Assembly: GCA_041589455.1 (NCBI GenBank)
Contig: JBFHVQ010000005.1
Location: forward strand, 41 to 64,040
Length of the DNA stretch: 64,000 bases
Origin: Gammaproteobacteria bacterium
Lineage (GTDB): Bacteria > Pseudomonadota > Gammaproteobacteria > SZUA-229
Direction of reading: 5' to 3'
Shown here: positions 17,731-28,875 of the stretch, piece by piece
Layout of the letters: every line of letters begins with the position of its first letter
Numbering within the stretch: the first letter of the stretch is position 1
Position numbers and translations under genes: made by a program
The notes under the pieces: model-generated
The model's input: the letters and a program-made list of their open reading frames with translations, nothing else
Database searches by the model: none
Told to the model about the DNA's origin: nothing

Positions 17731-20520
17731 ATGAATAACTGGGGCATTAATAAGCGAGTCATGTTTCTGGCATTACTGCCAACCTTGATTATCGCTTTTG
17801 CATTAGCATCATATTTTAGTTTTGTGCGTTACACTTCCATCGAAGATGCTTTTCATATTAAAGGCGAACTCATTGCTAAAAACCTGGCGCCAGCAAGTGA
17901 ATACGGTGTTTTTTCCAGCAACCTTGAGATACTCGATAAGCTTATAACCAATTCCTTTCTGGAAAATGACATTACCAACATTACCATCAGTAATAGCCGT
18001 GATGAAATCCTGGTCAGTCGTACTCGAGAAATAATAGTACCAAATAACATTCTACCATTATTTATCACACCCGAGGAGTTTGTGTATAGCGCTCCAATTA
18101 CTGGTACAGAGGTTATTATTTCTGATTTTGATGAGCTCTCACTCATAACAGAAGGGACATTAGATGAACAAAAAAATCTTGGTTATGTCTATGTAACCTT
18201 GAATAATCTTTCGACAAAGGTTCAACAGCTAGATAGCCTGTTAAAAGGCATACTAATTACCTGTACCGGTTTATTTTTCACGGTATTCCTTGCAATTAGC
18301 ATTAGTCGAAGCGTTGTTCGACCAATCCAACGCCTTACAAAAGCAGTAAAAAAGATTGCCCAGGGTGAGCTAAATACACGCATAGAAGTAGACAGTGGTG
18401 GGGAAATCGGATCACTTGAAAAGGGCGTTAACAAAATGTCCAGCGAAATGCAAAACATTCGCGCCGATCTACAAGGTAAAGTAAGCAGTGCGACTGCCGA
18501 TCTAAAGAAAACCCTGGAAGAACTGGAAATACAGAACATTGAACTCGATCTGGCACGTAATCAGGCGATATCTGCAAGTAAAATCAAGTCCGAATTCCTT
18601 GCCAATATGAGTCATGAAATTCGCACCCCTATGAATGGTGTTATTGGCTTTACAGAACTTCTCGGAAAAACAGCTCTTAATCGAGAACAGTATGACTATG
18701 TTAATACCATACGTAGCTCAGCTACCAATCTGTTAACTATCATAAATGATATTCTCGACTTTTCAAAAATTGAATCTGGAAAGCTTAACATAGAAAATAT
18801 TTCATTCAGTCTTGAAGATGTAATGGACGATATCATTAGCATGTTTGCACCCATGGCTTATCAGAAAAATATTGAGCTGATATATCATCCATCTCTGGAA
18901 ATACCCGATAAATTAATTGGCGACCCTGTACGCATACGTCAAATTCTCATCAACTTGATTAGTAATGCAGTAAAATTCACACAACATGGTCACGTGATTA
19001 TTCGTGTTTTATTTGAAAACCATGATGAAAATATTGTTAACATCAAGTTTACTGTTACTGATACAGGTATTGGACTGAATGACCTTAGTAAACATCGCCT
19101 GTTTACAGCTTTCACCCAGGCAGATACTTCCATCAGCCGTAAGTTTGGAGGAACAGGACTCGGCCTGGTAATCTCTCAAAAACTAACTGAGTTAATGTTT
19201 GGTGAAATTGGTTTTGAAAGCGAACCAAATAAAGGCTCTAGCTTCTGGTTCTCGATTCCACTGGAAGTGAGCGAGGACAAGAATAAAAATGAGCAACAAC
19301 ATATCATTACTAATAAAAGTGTTATCCTGTTTGAACCAACAGATCAAAATAGAGTTACCAGCCGTTCTTTGCTGAATAGCCTTAGTATAAAAACGATTGA
19401 AACCAGCCGAATAGAGAAAATTTCAGATTATGCAAACGGAAAACAATCAGATCAGATTTGCGGTATTGTTGCTGGTATCAATCGCAATAACATTAATAAC
19501 AAAAGTTTCCTAAAAAATCTATCTAATACGTTAAATAAACTACACTTACCCTACATTACACTCTGTAGCATTTTTGATATCGGCGATGCACAACAACTCA
19601 CAGACGCCGGACTTAATAACATTGTCTATCGCTGTTCCAGAGCAAGCATATTACGTAATCATATACTAAACTCATTTACACATATTCAAAAGGAGGAAAC
19701 GACTGTGCAGGAAGCAACTGAATACTCTAGTATATCAACCAACTTTTCTTCACTTCATGTATTACTGGTTGATGATAATGCAATCAATCTAAAACTGGCA
19801 AAAACTCTGCTCGAATTACAGGGTTTTCAGGTAACCACGGCCACCGACGGAGAAGTTGCTATTGAACTATGCCAACAGCAGTTATTTCCATTTATTTTAA
19901 TGGATCTGCACATGCCCAGGGTAGACGGCTTTTCAGCTACAAACACTATTAGAAATACAGACAACCCATGTAAGGAATCAATTATCATTGCCTTAACGGC
20001 AAATGTTCTTCCAGAAGAACAGAAACAGGTTTTTGAGTCAGGCATGAATGACATTCTTCTCAAACCCATTAATGAACAGCAGCTTATGGATACTTTTATT
20101 CACTGGCTAGATGATTCACCATCAATCAATAAAGCTCATGAAGCAAATAAGCCTTATCGATCTCTCTCAGTATATGACCATCAGCTAGCAATTGAGCTTG
20201 CAGGCGGCAATGAACAGCTAGCACAAGAGTTATTCCCAATGCTTATGGCAGAACTACCCACACATAGAGAAAACCTGTCTACAGCACAACATACAAATAA
20301 TCTGCAAGACTTAAAAAAATATATTCACAAATTACATGGTGGTGCTAAATATTGTGGTGTCCCTGCGCTACGGCAGGCTGCTGCAGATTTTGAATATATT
20401 ATAGACAACCAACAGCTAGAAAACATCGATAATGCATATGATTCAGTTATAAAGGCAATAGAAGATCTGCACAGTTTTTATCAACAGAATTATACGCAGA
20501 TATCAGGTGAACTTCCCTAA
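17731..20520 (+). CDS. Hybrid sensor histidine kinase: 2 TM with a periplasmic loop, then HAMP, HisKA, HATPase, REC and Hpt
   Basis: H-box [14 protein letters not shown] boxes, receiver [12 protein letters not shown] and Hpt [11 protein letters not shown]. The start ATG abuts the binding-protein stop (TAAATG). Confidence 0.9.
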   Translation: MNNWGINKRVMFLALLPTLIIAFALASYFSFVRYTSIEDAFHIKGELIAKNLAPASEYGVFSSNLEILDKLITNSFLENDITNITISNSRDEILVSRTREIIVPNNILPLFITPEEFVYSAPITGTEVIISDFDELSLITEGTLDEQKNLGYVYVTLNNLSTKVQQLDSLLKGILITCTGLFFTVFLAISISRSVVRPIQRLTKAVKKIAQGELNTRIEVDSGGEIGSLEKGVNKMSSEMQNIRADLQGKVSSATADLKKTLEELEIQNIELDLARNQAISASKIKSEFLANMSHEIRTPMNGVIGFTELLGKTALNREQYDYVNTIRSSATNLLTIINDILDFSKIESGKLNIENISFSLEDVMDDIISMFAPMAYQKNIELIYHPSLEIPDKLIGDPVRIRQILINLISNAVKFTQHGHVIIRVLFENHDENIVNIKFTVTDTGIGLNDLSKHRLFTAFTQADTSISRKFGGTGLGLVISQKLTELMFGEIGFESEPNKGSSFWFSIPLEVSEDKNKNEQQHIITNKSVILFEPTDQNRVTSRSLLNSLSIKTIETSRIEKISDYANGKQSDQICGIVAGINRNNINNKSFLKNLSNTLNKLHLPYITLCSIFDIGDAQQLTDAGLNNIVYRCSRASILRNHILNSFTHIQKEETTVQEATEYSSISTNFSSLHVLLVDDNAINLKLAKTLLELQGFQVTTATDGEVAIELCQQQLFPFILMDLHMPRVDGFSATNTIRNTDNPCKESIIIALTANVLPEEQKQVFESGMNDILLKPINEQQLMDTFIHWLDDSPSINKAHEANKPYRSLSVYDHQLAIELAGGNEQLAQELFPMLMAELPTHRENLSTAQHTNNLQDLKKYIHKLHGGAKYCGVPALRQAAADFEYIIDNQQLENIDNAYDSVIKAIEDLHSFYQQNYTQISGELP

Positions 20521-20572
20521 TTTAGCCTTAAGCTGACTTTTCGTGAAAGTCATATTCTTATAGCGCCTGGAC

Positions 20573-21331
20573 TCAACTTGATAATTGCTTACTCTGTCTG
20601 GCATCAAGCATCAGCTGTTTCATTTTTCTTACTGATTCCTGCAATCCAAAAAAGACCGATTCAGCAATAATCGCATGACCTATATTAAGCTCCGTGATTT
20701 GTGGAATAGCCGCTATTGCTTTTACATTGTGATAATGTAGCCCGTGCCCTGCATTAACCTGCAAACCAAGATCATGAGCAATATCAACTGCTTCATAAAT
20801 TTTCTTTAACTCTATCTTTTCTTCTTCACGGCTTCTGGCCTCAGCATATTGCCCGGTATGAATCTCAATCACGGGTGCGCCGCAGCGTTTAGCCGCTTCG
20901 ATCTGGCTCCTGTCAGCATCAATGAATAATGAAACCCTGACACCTGCATCACCAAGGCGATGACAAGCATCAGCAATTTTTCTCTCCTGGCTAATAATAT
21001 CCAGCCCACCCTCAGTAGTTAACTCTTCACGTCTCTCAGGCACCAGACAGCAATCAGCAGGTTTAATTTTTTCCGCAAATGCCAGCATTTCATCTGTTAC
21101 TGCCATTTCCAGATTCATATGCGTTAGCTGACAATCCTTTAACATCAGCACATCTCGTTCCTGTATATGTCGGCGATCTTCTCTGAGATGCAGGGTAATA
21201 GAATCGGCACCTGCCTGTTCAGCCTGTAATGCTGCATGCACGGGATCTGGGTAACGCGTACCCCTTGCCTGACGAAGTGTGGCCACGTGATCGATGTTTA
21301 CACCAAGATAAATTGCGTCGTTATCAGACAT
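20573..21331 (-). CDS. pdxJ: Pyridoxine 5-prime-phosphate synthase
   Basis: [16 protein letters not shown] and the rest of the sequence are typical of PdxJ (~250 aa). Confidence 0.92.
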   Translation of the reverse strand: MSDNDAIYLGVNIDHVATLRQARGTRYPDPVHAALQAEQAGADSITLHLREDRRHIQERDVLMLKDCQLTHMNLEMAVTDEMLAFAEKIKPADCCLVPERREELTTEGGLDIISQERKIADACHRLGDAGVRVSLFIDADRSQIEAAKRCGAPVIEIHTGQYAEARSREEEKIELKKIYEAVDIAHDLGLQVNAGHGLHYHNVKAIAAIPQITELNIGHAIIAESVFFGLQESVRKMKQLMLDARQSKQLSS

Positions 21332-21513
21332 GCGAGTGTTCCTGAAATTAAGTGCCGTTATTTTATTAGAAATAATGACGGGTTTAAATGGCTTTCTTTA
21401 AATTGCTACTGCTTCCCAGTTAGCAGAATGGCAGTCAACCCGGTTCTCTGCTATTGTCCTATGATAAATCCACCATAGAATAATAGATATACGCGAAATA
21501 CAGGGGCCAATGC

Positions 21514-23736
21514 GTGTTAAAACAACGAATCCTTAGATACATTCTAGGACTTTTAATTACATTTATTCTGCTTTCTAATGCCAGTGGACTATTTTCGTTT
21601 CGAATAATCGATACCCTTGAAAATCTCGCCTATGACTTTCGACTGCAGTTGACCCTGCCTTCTTCGGTAGACAAAAAAGTTGTTATTATCGATATAGACG
21701 AAAATAGTCTGGCCCAGATTGGGCAATGGCCCTGGGAACGTAATGTTCTCGGCAAAATAGCTGATAATTTATTTGATTATTACCAGCTGAATGTGCTTGG
21801 TTTCGATATTGTCTTTGCCGAAAAGGATGAAGACCCCAGTGATATCATATTATCACAACTTGCCAGAACGTCCCTTGTTGAACATCCAGATTTCATCAAT
21901 ATTCTGCAACAAAATCAGGATGTACGTAATCGTGATCTTCACTTCGCGAACAGCCTGGACAACCGTAATACTGTTCTAGGTATTGTATTTAACAGCAACG
22001 ATAGTGATATCGCCATAGGACAACTACCTCCTGCAATTGCTAACTTCACCCAGGATGTTATCGACAGTTTTGCATTTAATAACGCGGCCGGATATATCGC
22101 AAATATAGATACACTTCAAAATAAAGCACTATCTGCAGGTTTTTTTGACAACCCTTTTATCGATGACGATGGTGTGTTTCGCAGAGTCCCCCTTCTACAG
22201 GCATACAATGGAAATGTCTATCCATCACTGGCACTAGAAGTAATTCGTGCCTCTTTCCCCGGTAATAACACTGTCAAACTAGGCTATGGTACAACCGATG
22301 AAACACAGAATATAAAATCCCTGGAATGGGTTTATGTGGGCGATATTGCAATACCAGTAGACGAACACTCAGCTGTCATGGTGCCCTATATTGGCTTGCA
22401 GAAAACCTTTGAATATTATTCTGCAATAGATGTACTTAACAAGACACTGCCCGTAGAAACACTTCACAATAAAATAGCAATCATTGGCACCAGCGCTGCG
22501 GGCCTGCTAGATTTAAGAACTATACCACTTGAATCAGCCTATCCCGGAGTCGAAGTTCACGCTAATATTATTCAGGGTATTTTAGATGGCACAATTAAAC
22601 ATAAACCTGAATACATGATTGGTTTTGAAATACTCATCATCTTGTTTATGGGTATTGCTCTCACTTTTCTCTTACCAATATTATCTCCTGCATGGAGCAC
22701 AATCAGCGCTATGATCGCCACTGGTATTATTTTATTGTTTGATTATTACGCCTGGAATGAGCTGCTGGTCATTATGCCAGTTGCATCACCATTGATTCTA
22801 ATTGGGTTACTTTATGTACTCAATATGTCTTTTGGTTTTTTTGTTGAGTCTCGAGGCAAACGGCAATTAACTCATTTGTTTGGACAATATGTACCACCTG
22901 ATCTGGTGGATGAAATGAGCCGCAACCTGAGAGAGATAAACCTGGATGGCGAATTACGTGAAATGAGTGTCCTGTTTACTGATGTGCGAGGTTTTACAAC
23001 GATTTCAGAAAATATGGAACCTAAGGAACTAACTCAGTTCATAAATGCCTTTCTAACACCGCTAACGAAAATCATCCACCACAATCGTGGCACTATAGAT
23101 AAATACATGGGTGATGCGATTATGGCATTCTGGGGCGCACCACTAAAAGATCATCAGCATGCCTTGAATGCAATTAATGCTGGCATGGAAATGCTAACGG
23201 CAATTGAAAATCTGAATATAAAATTTTCCAAACAGGGAAAACCTGAAATAAAAATTGGTATTGGCATTAATACTGGTGAAATGAATGTGGGTAACAAGGG
23301 CTCAGAATTCCGCGTTGACTATACTGTACTCGGCGATGCAGTAAACCTGGGATCACGCCTCGAAGGGCTCACTAAAAATTATGGTGTTCAGTTTATTGTT
23401 AGCGAAGCTACCCAACATGCTGCACCAGAATATGAATACCGATTACTCGATATTGTAAAAGTCAAAGGCAAGGATAAGCCCGTAACAATATACGAACCTG
23501 TTGATCTAATTGAGAACATCAGTCAATCTGATCGTACTACAATTAAGGAATTTCATCATGCCATCGACCTGTACCGACAACAGAAATGGGATGATGCAGA
23601 AAAAATTCTTTTTCAGCTTAATCAACTAGATCCAAAGCGTTATATCTATACTCTCTACCTGGATAGAATCGCCTTTTTCAGGACGACGCCACCTGACACC
23701 GACTGGGATGGTGTTTTTGTGCACACATCCAAATAG
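21514..23736 (+). CDS. CHASE2-domain membrane receptor with a class III adenylate cyclase output and a C-terminal TPR-like tail
   Basis: GTG start. The CHASE2 signature is IGQWPWERN, followed by 3-4 TM helices. The cyclase has metal Asp residues (LFTDVRGFT, YMGDAIMA), the adenine-specifying Lys (DKYMGD) and a class IIIb Thr (DYTVLGDAVNLGSRLE). Confidence 0.85.
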   Translation: MLKQRILRYILGLLITFILLSNASGLFSFRIIDTLENLAYDFRLQLTLPSSVDKKVVIIDIDENSLAQIGQWPWERNVLGKIADNLFDYYQLNVLGFDIVFAEKDEDPSDIILSQLARTSLVEHPDFINILQQNQDVRNRDLHFANSLDNRNTVLGIVFNSNDSDIAIGQLPPAIANFTQDVIDSFAFNNAAGYIANIDTLQNKALSAGFFDNPFIDDDGVFRRVPLLQAYNGNVYPSLALEVIRASFPGNNTVKLGYGTTDETQNIKSLEWVYVGDIAIPVDEHSAVMVPYIGLQKTFEYYSAIDVLNKTLPVETLHNKIAIIGTSAAGLLDLRTIPLESAYPGVEVHANIIQGILDGTIKHKPEYMIGFEILIILFMGIALTFLLPILSPAWSTISAMIATGIILLFDYYAWNELLVIMPVASPLILIGLLYVLNMSFGFFVESRGKRQLTHLFGQYVPPDLVDEMSRNLREINLDGELREMSVLFTDVRGFTTISENMEPKELTQFINAFLTPLTKIIHHNRGTIDKYMGDAIMAFWGAPLKDHQHALNAINAGMEMLTAIENLNIKFSKQGKPEIKIGIGINTGEMNVGNKGSEFRVDYTVLGDAVNLGSRLEGLTKNYGVQFIVSEATQHAAPEYEYRLLDIVKVKGKDKPVTIYEPVDLIENISQSDRTTIKEFHHAIDLYRQQKWDDAEKILFQLNQLDPKRYIYTLYLDRIAFFRTTPPDTDWDGVFVHTSK

Positions 23737-23779
23737 TCAGAATAACTTTAGACATTAGGCTATTATCTATAAATTACCA

Positions 23780-23801
23780 AAATGTGAAGTTGATCACATT
23801 T
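23780..23801 (+). promoter_or_regulatory. Consensus cAMP-CRP binding site AAATGTGA-agttga-TCACATTT
   Basis: Both 8-nt arms are identical to the E. coli CRP consensus AAATGTGATCTAGATCACATTT. A GATAAT -10-like hexamer at 23840-23845 would place the site centre near -61.5 (class I geometry). It lies 92 nt upstream of the HD-domain gene. Confidence 0.6.
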
Positions 23802-23892
23802 TACCGCCTATCCTAAGCTCACATGTGACACAGCTCACAGATAATCCAGGCATCTAATATAGACTAATTATTGTTAAAGAATACATTACCAG

Positions 23893-24843
23893 ATGAATAC
23901 ACGTAACTCACAATTTGATGTCACTAATACCGTTAATGTGACCAACAGCCAGGCGGTTTGCAACGCGGTTTGTGATATTTTCCACAGCTGTTACCTGGCT
24001 GTTGATGATAGTAAGATTCGTCGCGCCTTCGAAGACTTCGATAACCTGTTTGAGGGATACTACGGTGGTTTTCAGGCATGTGATACGTTCTATCATGACA
24101 AACAACATTCACTGGATATGACACTGGCGCTGGCTCGCTTAATCGATGGCCATGAGCGTCAAAGTGATCGACATCATACCTTTGGCTCCAAACTCACTGC
24201 ACTTGCCATTATTACTGCGTTGTTTCATGACTCAGGTTATATCCGTGAACAGAATGACTATGCCAGTGAAAATGGTGCTGAATACACTTCAATTCATGTT
24301 ACTCGTAGTGCCAGTTTTCTGCATAACTACCTGCATATGAACGGCATGGGTGAATACTCGGAAATTGCTGCTAACATGGTTCATTATACCGGGTATGAAG
24401 TTCCTCCCGAGAAAATCCAGTTGGCAGATGAAAAATTACACCTAATGGGTTACATGTTAGGCACTGCCGACCTGATTGCTCAGATGTCAGACCGTTGCTA
24501 CCTGGAAAAATGCCGCGATCGCCTATTCCCTGAGTTCGTTTATGGCGGCATGGCAGGTGAAGCTGACCGTAGTCCCTCACCTGTATTGTTTCAGTCTGCT
24601 AATGATTTACTGATAAAAACACCTGAGTTTTATCATAGCGAAGTAAAACAGCGTCTCGACGGCCTTTTTAAACAGGTATATAAATATGCTGAAGCTCACT
24701 TTGGTGGAGATAACCTTTATCTGAATTATTTACAGAAAAACATTCAGCATATTGAATCACTCATTAACCATGGAGAAGTAGAAAGCTTGAGCAGGCTTCC
24801 CCCTGATAATCCGGGAACACTTACTTATTTAAATCGTCACTAG
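23893..24843 (+). CDS. HD-domain metal-dependent phosphohydrolase of unknown specificity
   Basis: Motifs YHDKQHSLDM, ALFHDSGY and GTADLIAQM give the H...HD...D pattern. The spacing recalls class I cyclic-nucleotide phosphodiesterases (YHNxxHAxDV / HDxxHxG / ADL). Confidence 0.7.
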   Translation: MNTRNSQFDVTNTVNVTNSQAVCNAVCDIFHSCYLAVDDSKIRRAFEDFDNLFEGYYGGFQACDTFYHDKQHSLDMTLALARLIDGHERQSDRHHTFGSKLTALAIITALFHDSGYIREQNDYASENGAEYTSIHVTRSASFLHNYLHMNGMGEYSEIAANMVHYTGYEVPPEKIQLADEKLHLMGYMLGTADLIAQMSDRCYLEKCRDRLFPEFVYGGMAGEADRSPSPVLFQSANDLLIKTPEFYHSEVKQRLDGLFKQVYKYAEAHFGGDNLYLNYLQKNIQHIESLINHGEVESLSRLPPDNPGTLTYLNRH

Positions 24844-24879
24844 TTATTTTCTTTGACTATTCTCTATTATTAAATTCAT

Positions 24880-24915
24880 AAAAAAGCCCCGAAGTTTAAT
24901 CAACCGGGGCTTTTA
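24880..24915. terminator. Bidirectional rho-independent terminator between convergent genes
   Basis: AAAAAAGCCCCG-loop-CGGGGCTTTT. Confidence 0.75.
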
Positions 24916-24944
24916 TTATTCCTGGTAACACCAAATGTCTGTTA

Positions 24945-26045
24945 CTAACGAATAGCAAAAACCTCACCATTCACAGCATTAAATATGACTTTACCATCGG
25001 CAACAATAGGTGATGAATACATTTTAGAATCCACCTGGTACTTCCAGCGAATCTTACCTTTATCGGCATCAATGGCATACAGGTTGCCATCTGTGCTGGT
25101 AATATAAACCATACCTGATGCTATGACAGGCGATGAAAAAACAGCACCATCGGTTTGTAATTCCCAGATGCGGCCACTCTGTTTTGCATCATAGGCATAG
25201 ACATAACCATCTCCACTACCAAAATAGACGACACCATCATAAACCGCAGGTGAAGAAAAAACTTTACCCGCTGTTTTCTTTCGCCATTTCAGCTGGCCTG
25301 TGTCGAGATTAATCGAATGGATATATTTATTGTCACTACCAATAAAGAGATGTCCGTCATAAATACTGGGTGACGAATAAACCGGTGCACGCATTGCGTA
25401 TTTCCACTGTTCCTGACCAGAACCTAGATTCACCGCACGCACAAAGCCATCGAGCGTGCCGAAGTACACCTTGTCACGATATACAGCTGGAGACGTGTAA
25501 ATCGTTGCTTTAGCATTAAATCGCCACTTCTCAGCACCGTTAACTGCATCAACTGCATAAAGGTGTTTATCCTTACTACCAAAATACACAATGCCATCCT
25601 CTACTGTGGGTGCAGAATAAATCGGACCATCTGTACGGAACTTCCAGCGCTCTTCGTGTGAATCCGTATCAACTGCATAGAGGTTGCCATCCCAGCTGGC
25701 GATATATAATGTGTCACCGACAACGGCCACCGCTGCTTCCACATTGGATTCTGTCTTAAAGCTCCATTTTACAAACCCCTTATCCAGATCAAGCGCATAA
25801 ACATGACCGTCTTTTGAACCAATATATACCGTACTATCTGCAACAATGGGTGAAGAATAGGTTTTATCAGGTGTAGAGTATTTCCATAGCAGTTTATCAA
25901 GTCGTGTAGGGCCCGACTCTGATGACACGCCTGTATGCTGAGGTGACTCACGATACATTGCATTACCACCACCGCAACCGTTCAGTGTCATAGTCAGTAA
26001 TGAAATTACAAGAAAGGAAAGTCCCCTGATCATATTTGGCTCCAT
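24945..26045 (-). CDS. PQQ-like (BamB-family) eight-bladed beta-propeller lipoprotein
   Basis: Lipobox LNGCGG, and eight ~40-aa repeats of the form YSSPxVxDGxVYxGSxDGxLYAxD. Confidence 0.8.
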   Translation of the reverse strand: MEPNMIRGLSFLVISLLTMTLNGCGGGNAMYRESPQHTGVSSESGPTRLDKLLWKYSTPDKTYSSPIVADSTVYIGSKDGHVYALDLDKGFVKWSFKTESNVEAAVAVVGDTLYIASWDGNLYAVDTDSHEERWKFRTDGPIYSAPTVEDGIVYFGSKDKHLYAVDAVNGAEKWRFNAKATIYTSPAVYRDKVYFGTLDGFVRAVNLGSGQEQWKYAMRAPVYSSPSIYDGHLFIGSDNKYIHSINLDTGQLKWRKKTAGKVFSSPAVYDGVVYFGSGDGYVYAYDAKQSGRIWELQTDGAVFSSPVIASGMVYITSTDGNLYAIDADKGKIRWKYQVDSKMYSSPIVADGKVIFNAVNGEVFAIR

Positions 26046-26100
26046 ATTTACTTTTTAATTTAGAATTATGCGCTTATTAGCTGAAACACTAGCGGATAGT

Positions 26101-27177
26101 TTATGCAATATCAAGCTGGTTTCCCAGTCGACATAATAGTTCATAGGATATGGTTTCCGAGTGAAGGGCCACTTCATCGACAGCAACCTGAGTACCCCAT
26201 AACTCCACAGTATCTCCACACTGAGCTTTCACATTCCTGAGGTCTATTGCAATAGAATCCATGGAGACTCTGCCCACCAGGTGTGTTTTTTGCTGATTCA
26301 CCATTACCGGAGTTTTGTCATTGGCATGACGTGGATAGCCATCGCCGTAGCCGATATTAACAATACCAACTGGCATATCTTCAGGGCACAGCCAACAACT
26401 ACCGTATCCAACCGTTTGGCCTTTCTTTAATTTATTAATCGCAATTAACCTGGCCTGAACCTGCATCACAGGACGCAAATCCAGCTGTTGAGCACTTACT
26501 CCCTGTAAGGGTGAAGCACCATACAACATAATTCCAGGTCTGAGCCAATCCTGGTCGGGATATAACTGCGTCACAATCGCAGCCGAATTGGAAACACTGC
26601 TCTCTGCTGCATAGCGCTGCTGTAACTGTTTGAAGAATTCTGTCTGTTGCTGGTTAGATATATGCCCTGTCACATCGGCATTGGCATAGTGAGTCATCAG
26701 GCCAGATGCACGAATACATTTAAGGGCGTTTAAACGTTGCCAGGCGTCTTCCACCTCATCTGCCTGTACCCCAAGACGCCCCATGCCACTGTTCACCTTA
26801 AGCCAGACATCGATACACGAACTACCTTTATATTGCTCCAGTAGTTCTATTTGCCAAAGCTGGCTGATTGCAGGGCGCAATTCATGCTGAAAACTCTGCT
26901 CCAGCTCCTGCTTATTTTGAAAACCCTGAAACACCGTGAGTGGCTTATCAATTCCCGCTGCCCTCAGGCTAAGTGCCTCCCTGAGCTGTGCAACCGAGAA
27001 TCCATCTGCTGCTTTCAGCGTTCTGGCAACCTGTATCATGCCGTGGCCATAGGCATTGGCTTTAATAACGGGCATCACCTTGCTGTGAGGGGCAAAGTCT
27101 TTGATACGTGAGAAGTTATGTAACAGTGCAGCCAGGTCTAACGAAACGCTTGCAGCTCGAATATCCGACATGGCCAA
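26101..27177 (-). CDS. alr: Alanine racemase
   Basis: The PLP-lysine motif VIKANAYGHG, a ~358 aa length, and a position directly downstream of dnaB as in Pseudomonas. Confidence 0.9.
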   Translation of the reverse strand: MAMSDIRAASVSLDLAALLHNFSRIKDFAPHSKVMPVIKANAYGHGMIQVARTLKAADGFSVAQLREALSLRAAGIDKPLTVFQGFQNKQELEQSFQHELRPAISQLWQIELLEQYKGSSCIDVWLKVNSGMGRLGVQADEVEDAWQRLNALKCIRASGLMTHYANADVTGHISNQQQTEFFKQLQQRYAAESSVSNSAAIVTQLYPDQDWLRPGIMLYGASPLQGVSAQQLDLRPVMQVQARLIAINKLKKGQTVGYGSCWLCPEDMPVGIVNIGYGDGYPRHANDKTPVMVNQQKTHLVGRVSMDSIAIDLRNVKAQCGDTVELWGTQVAVDEVALHSETISYELLCRLGNQLDIA

Positions 27178-27179
27178 GC

Positions 27180-28595
27180 TTATTCAAAACCCTGTGAGGT
27201 GTACATTTCAGGGCTAAAATTCTCAAATTTGGTAAATTGCCCCAGGAAGGTCAAGCGTGTGGTGCCGATAGGGCCGTTACGCTGCTTACCGACAATAATC
27301 TCGGCTATTCCTTTATCGGGACTTTCCGAGTTATACACTTCATCTCGATAGATAAAGACAATTAAGTCGGCGTCCTGCTCAATAGCGCCCGATTCACGTA
27401 AGTCCGACATCACAGGACGCTTGTTCGGCCGCTGTTCCAGACTACGGTTAAGCTGTGATAAGGCAATTACCGGAACTTCCAGTTCTTTAGCCAGTGCCTT
27501 TAAGCTTCGGGATATTTCCGATATTTCATTGGTTCTGTTTTCTGACTTACTACTGCTCTGCATCAACTGAAGATAGTCAATCACGATCAGCCCAAGACCA
27601 TGCTCTCGTTTCAGGCGACGCGCACGGGCACGCAGGTCAGTCGGCGAAAGTGCCGGTGTATCATCCACGAAAATTTTAGCTTCCGAAAGTAACGAAACAG
27701 CAGACGTGATACGTGGCCAGTCTTCGTCATTCAGCTGACCGGTTCGTAATCGATGCTGATCAATACGCCCCATAGAGGAGATCATACGCATGGCCAGTGA
27801 CTCGGCTGGCATTTCCATACTGAAAACAGCCACGGGAACACCCTGTGCAATCGCTGCATTTTCAGCCATATTCATCGAGAAGGTCGTTTTGCCCATCGAT
27901 GGACGCCCTGCAACAATGACCAGATCACCCTTCTGCAGACCACTGGTCTGCTCATCAAAGTCTTTAAACCCTGTGGTCACCCCGGTGATATTGCCGTCTT
28001 GCTCAAACAGATAATCAATCTGCTCAACCGTTTTGGTCAACAGTTCCTTAATTCCCTTGAAGCCATTACCGGTTCGACTACCCTGCTCTGCAATGGTAAA
28101 TACCCGGCGTTCCGCATCATCCAGCAATGCCTTACTGTCCTTACCTTCCGGGTTATAAGCGCTAGAGGCAATATCAGTGCCCACATCAATCAGCTGACGC
28201 AGCACAGAACGTTCACGCACGATATCAGCATAGGCACCAACATTCGCCGCACTGGGGGTATCTTTGGCAAGTTGACCCAAATAGGACAGACCGCCGGCTT
28301 CTTCCAGCTCATGAGTCTTGGAAAGCTCATCAGACAAGGTCACTACATCAAAGGGTTTATCCGAGGCTTCGAGTTGTGCAATACTTCGAAAAATCAGCTT
28401 GTGATCATGACGGTAAAAGTCATGCTCAGTCACACGGTCTGCAATCTGTTCCCAGGCACGTTTATCGAGCATTAAGCCACCCAGTACCGCCTGCTCCGCT
28501 TCAATAGAGTGAGGCGGCACCTTAAGCCTGCTGGTTAGATCGGTTTCATTGACCTGATAGCTGTCATTAACGGGATAAGTAAGGGAATCTGCCAT
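27180..28595 (-). CDS. dnaB: Replicative DNA helicase DnaB
   Basis: PPHSIEAEQAVLGG, Walker A GRPSMGKT, and RecA-like C-terminal motifs. At 471 aa there is no intein. Confidence 0.95.
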   Translation of the reverse strand: MADSLTYPVNDSYQVNETDLTSRLKVPPHSIEAEQAVLGGLMLDKRAWEQIADRVTEHDFYRHDHKLIFRSIAQLEASDKPFDVVTLSDELSKTHELEEAGGLSYLGQLAKDTPSAANVGAYADIVRERSVLRQLIDVGTDIASSAYNPEGKDSKALLDDAERRVFTIAEQGSRTGNGFKGIKELLTKTVEQIDYLFEQDGNITGVTTGFKDFDEQTSGLQKGDLVIVAGRPSMGKTTFSMNMAENAAIAQGVPVAVFSMEMPAESLAMRMISSMGRIDQHRLRTGQLNDEDWPRITSAVSLLSEAKIFVDDTPALSPTDLRARARRLKREHGLGLIVIDYLQLMQSSSKSENRTNEISEISRSLKALAKELEVPVIALSQLNRSLEQRPNKRPVMSDLRESGAIEQDADLIVFIYRDEVYNSESPDKGIAEIIVGKQRNGPIGTTRLTFLGQFTKFENFSPEMYTSQGFE

Positions 28596-28772
28596 GGGTT
28601 TTAACTGATTATTTCTTTAAGCTTCTGGGCAACCAGTTTGCCTTTTCGAGAAGCGGACTGCAATACACTGCTTAAGGTTTTTTTGTATTTAGGTATAACG
28701 CTTTTATCTAATACGCTAGATAATTATACCTGCCATACCGTATTCGATCACTGGCCTTTGATGTGGCCCCAT

Positions 28773-28805
28773 AAAAAAACCCCAAACCTCACGGCATGGG
28801 GTTTT
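28773..28805. terminator. Rho-independent terminator downstream of rplI (bidirectional in form)
   Basis: AAAAAAACCCCA-loop-TGGGGTTTT, ~70 nt after the rplI stop. Confidence 0.65.
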
Positions 28806-28875
28806 ATTAGTCACTTACTTACAATTGATATGAACAACGGTATGTCTGTGACTTGCAGCCTGAGTGGCTAAAGAC

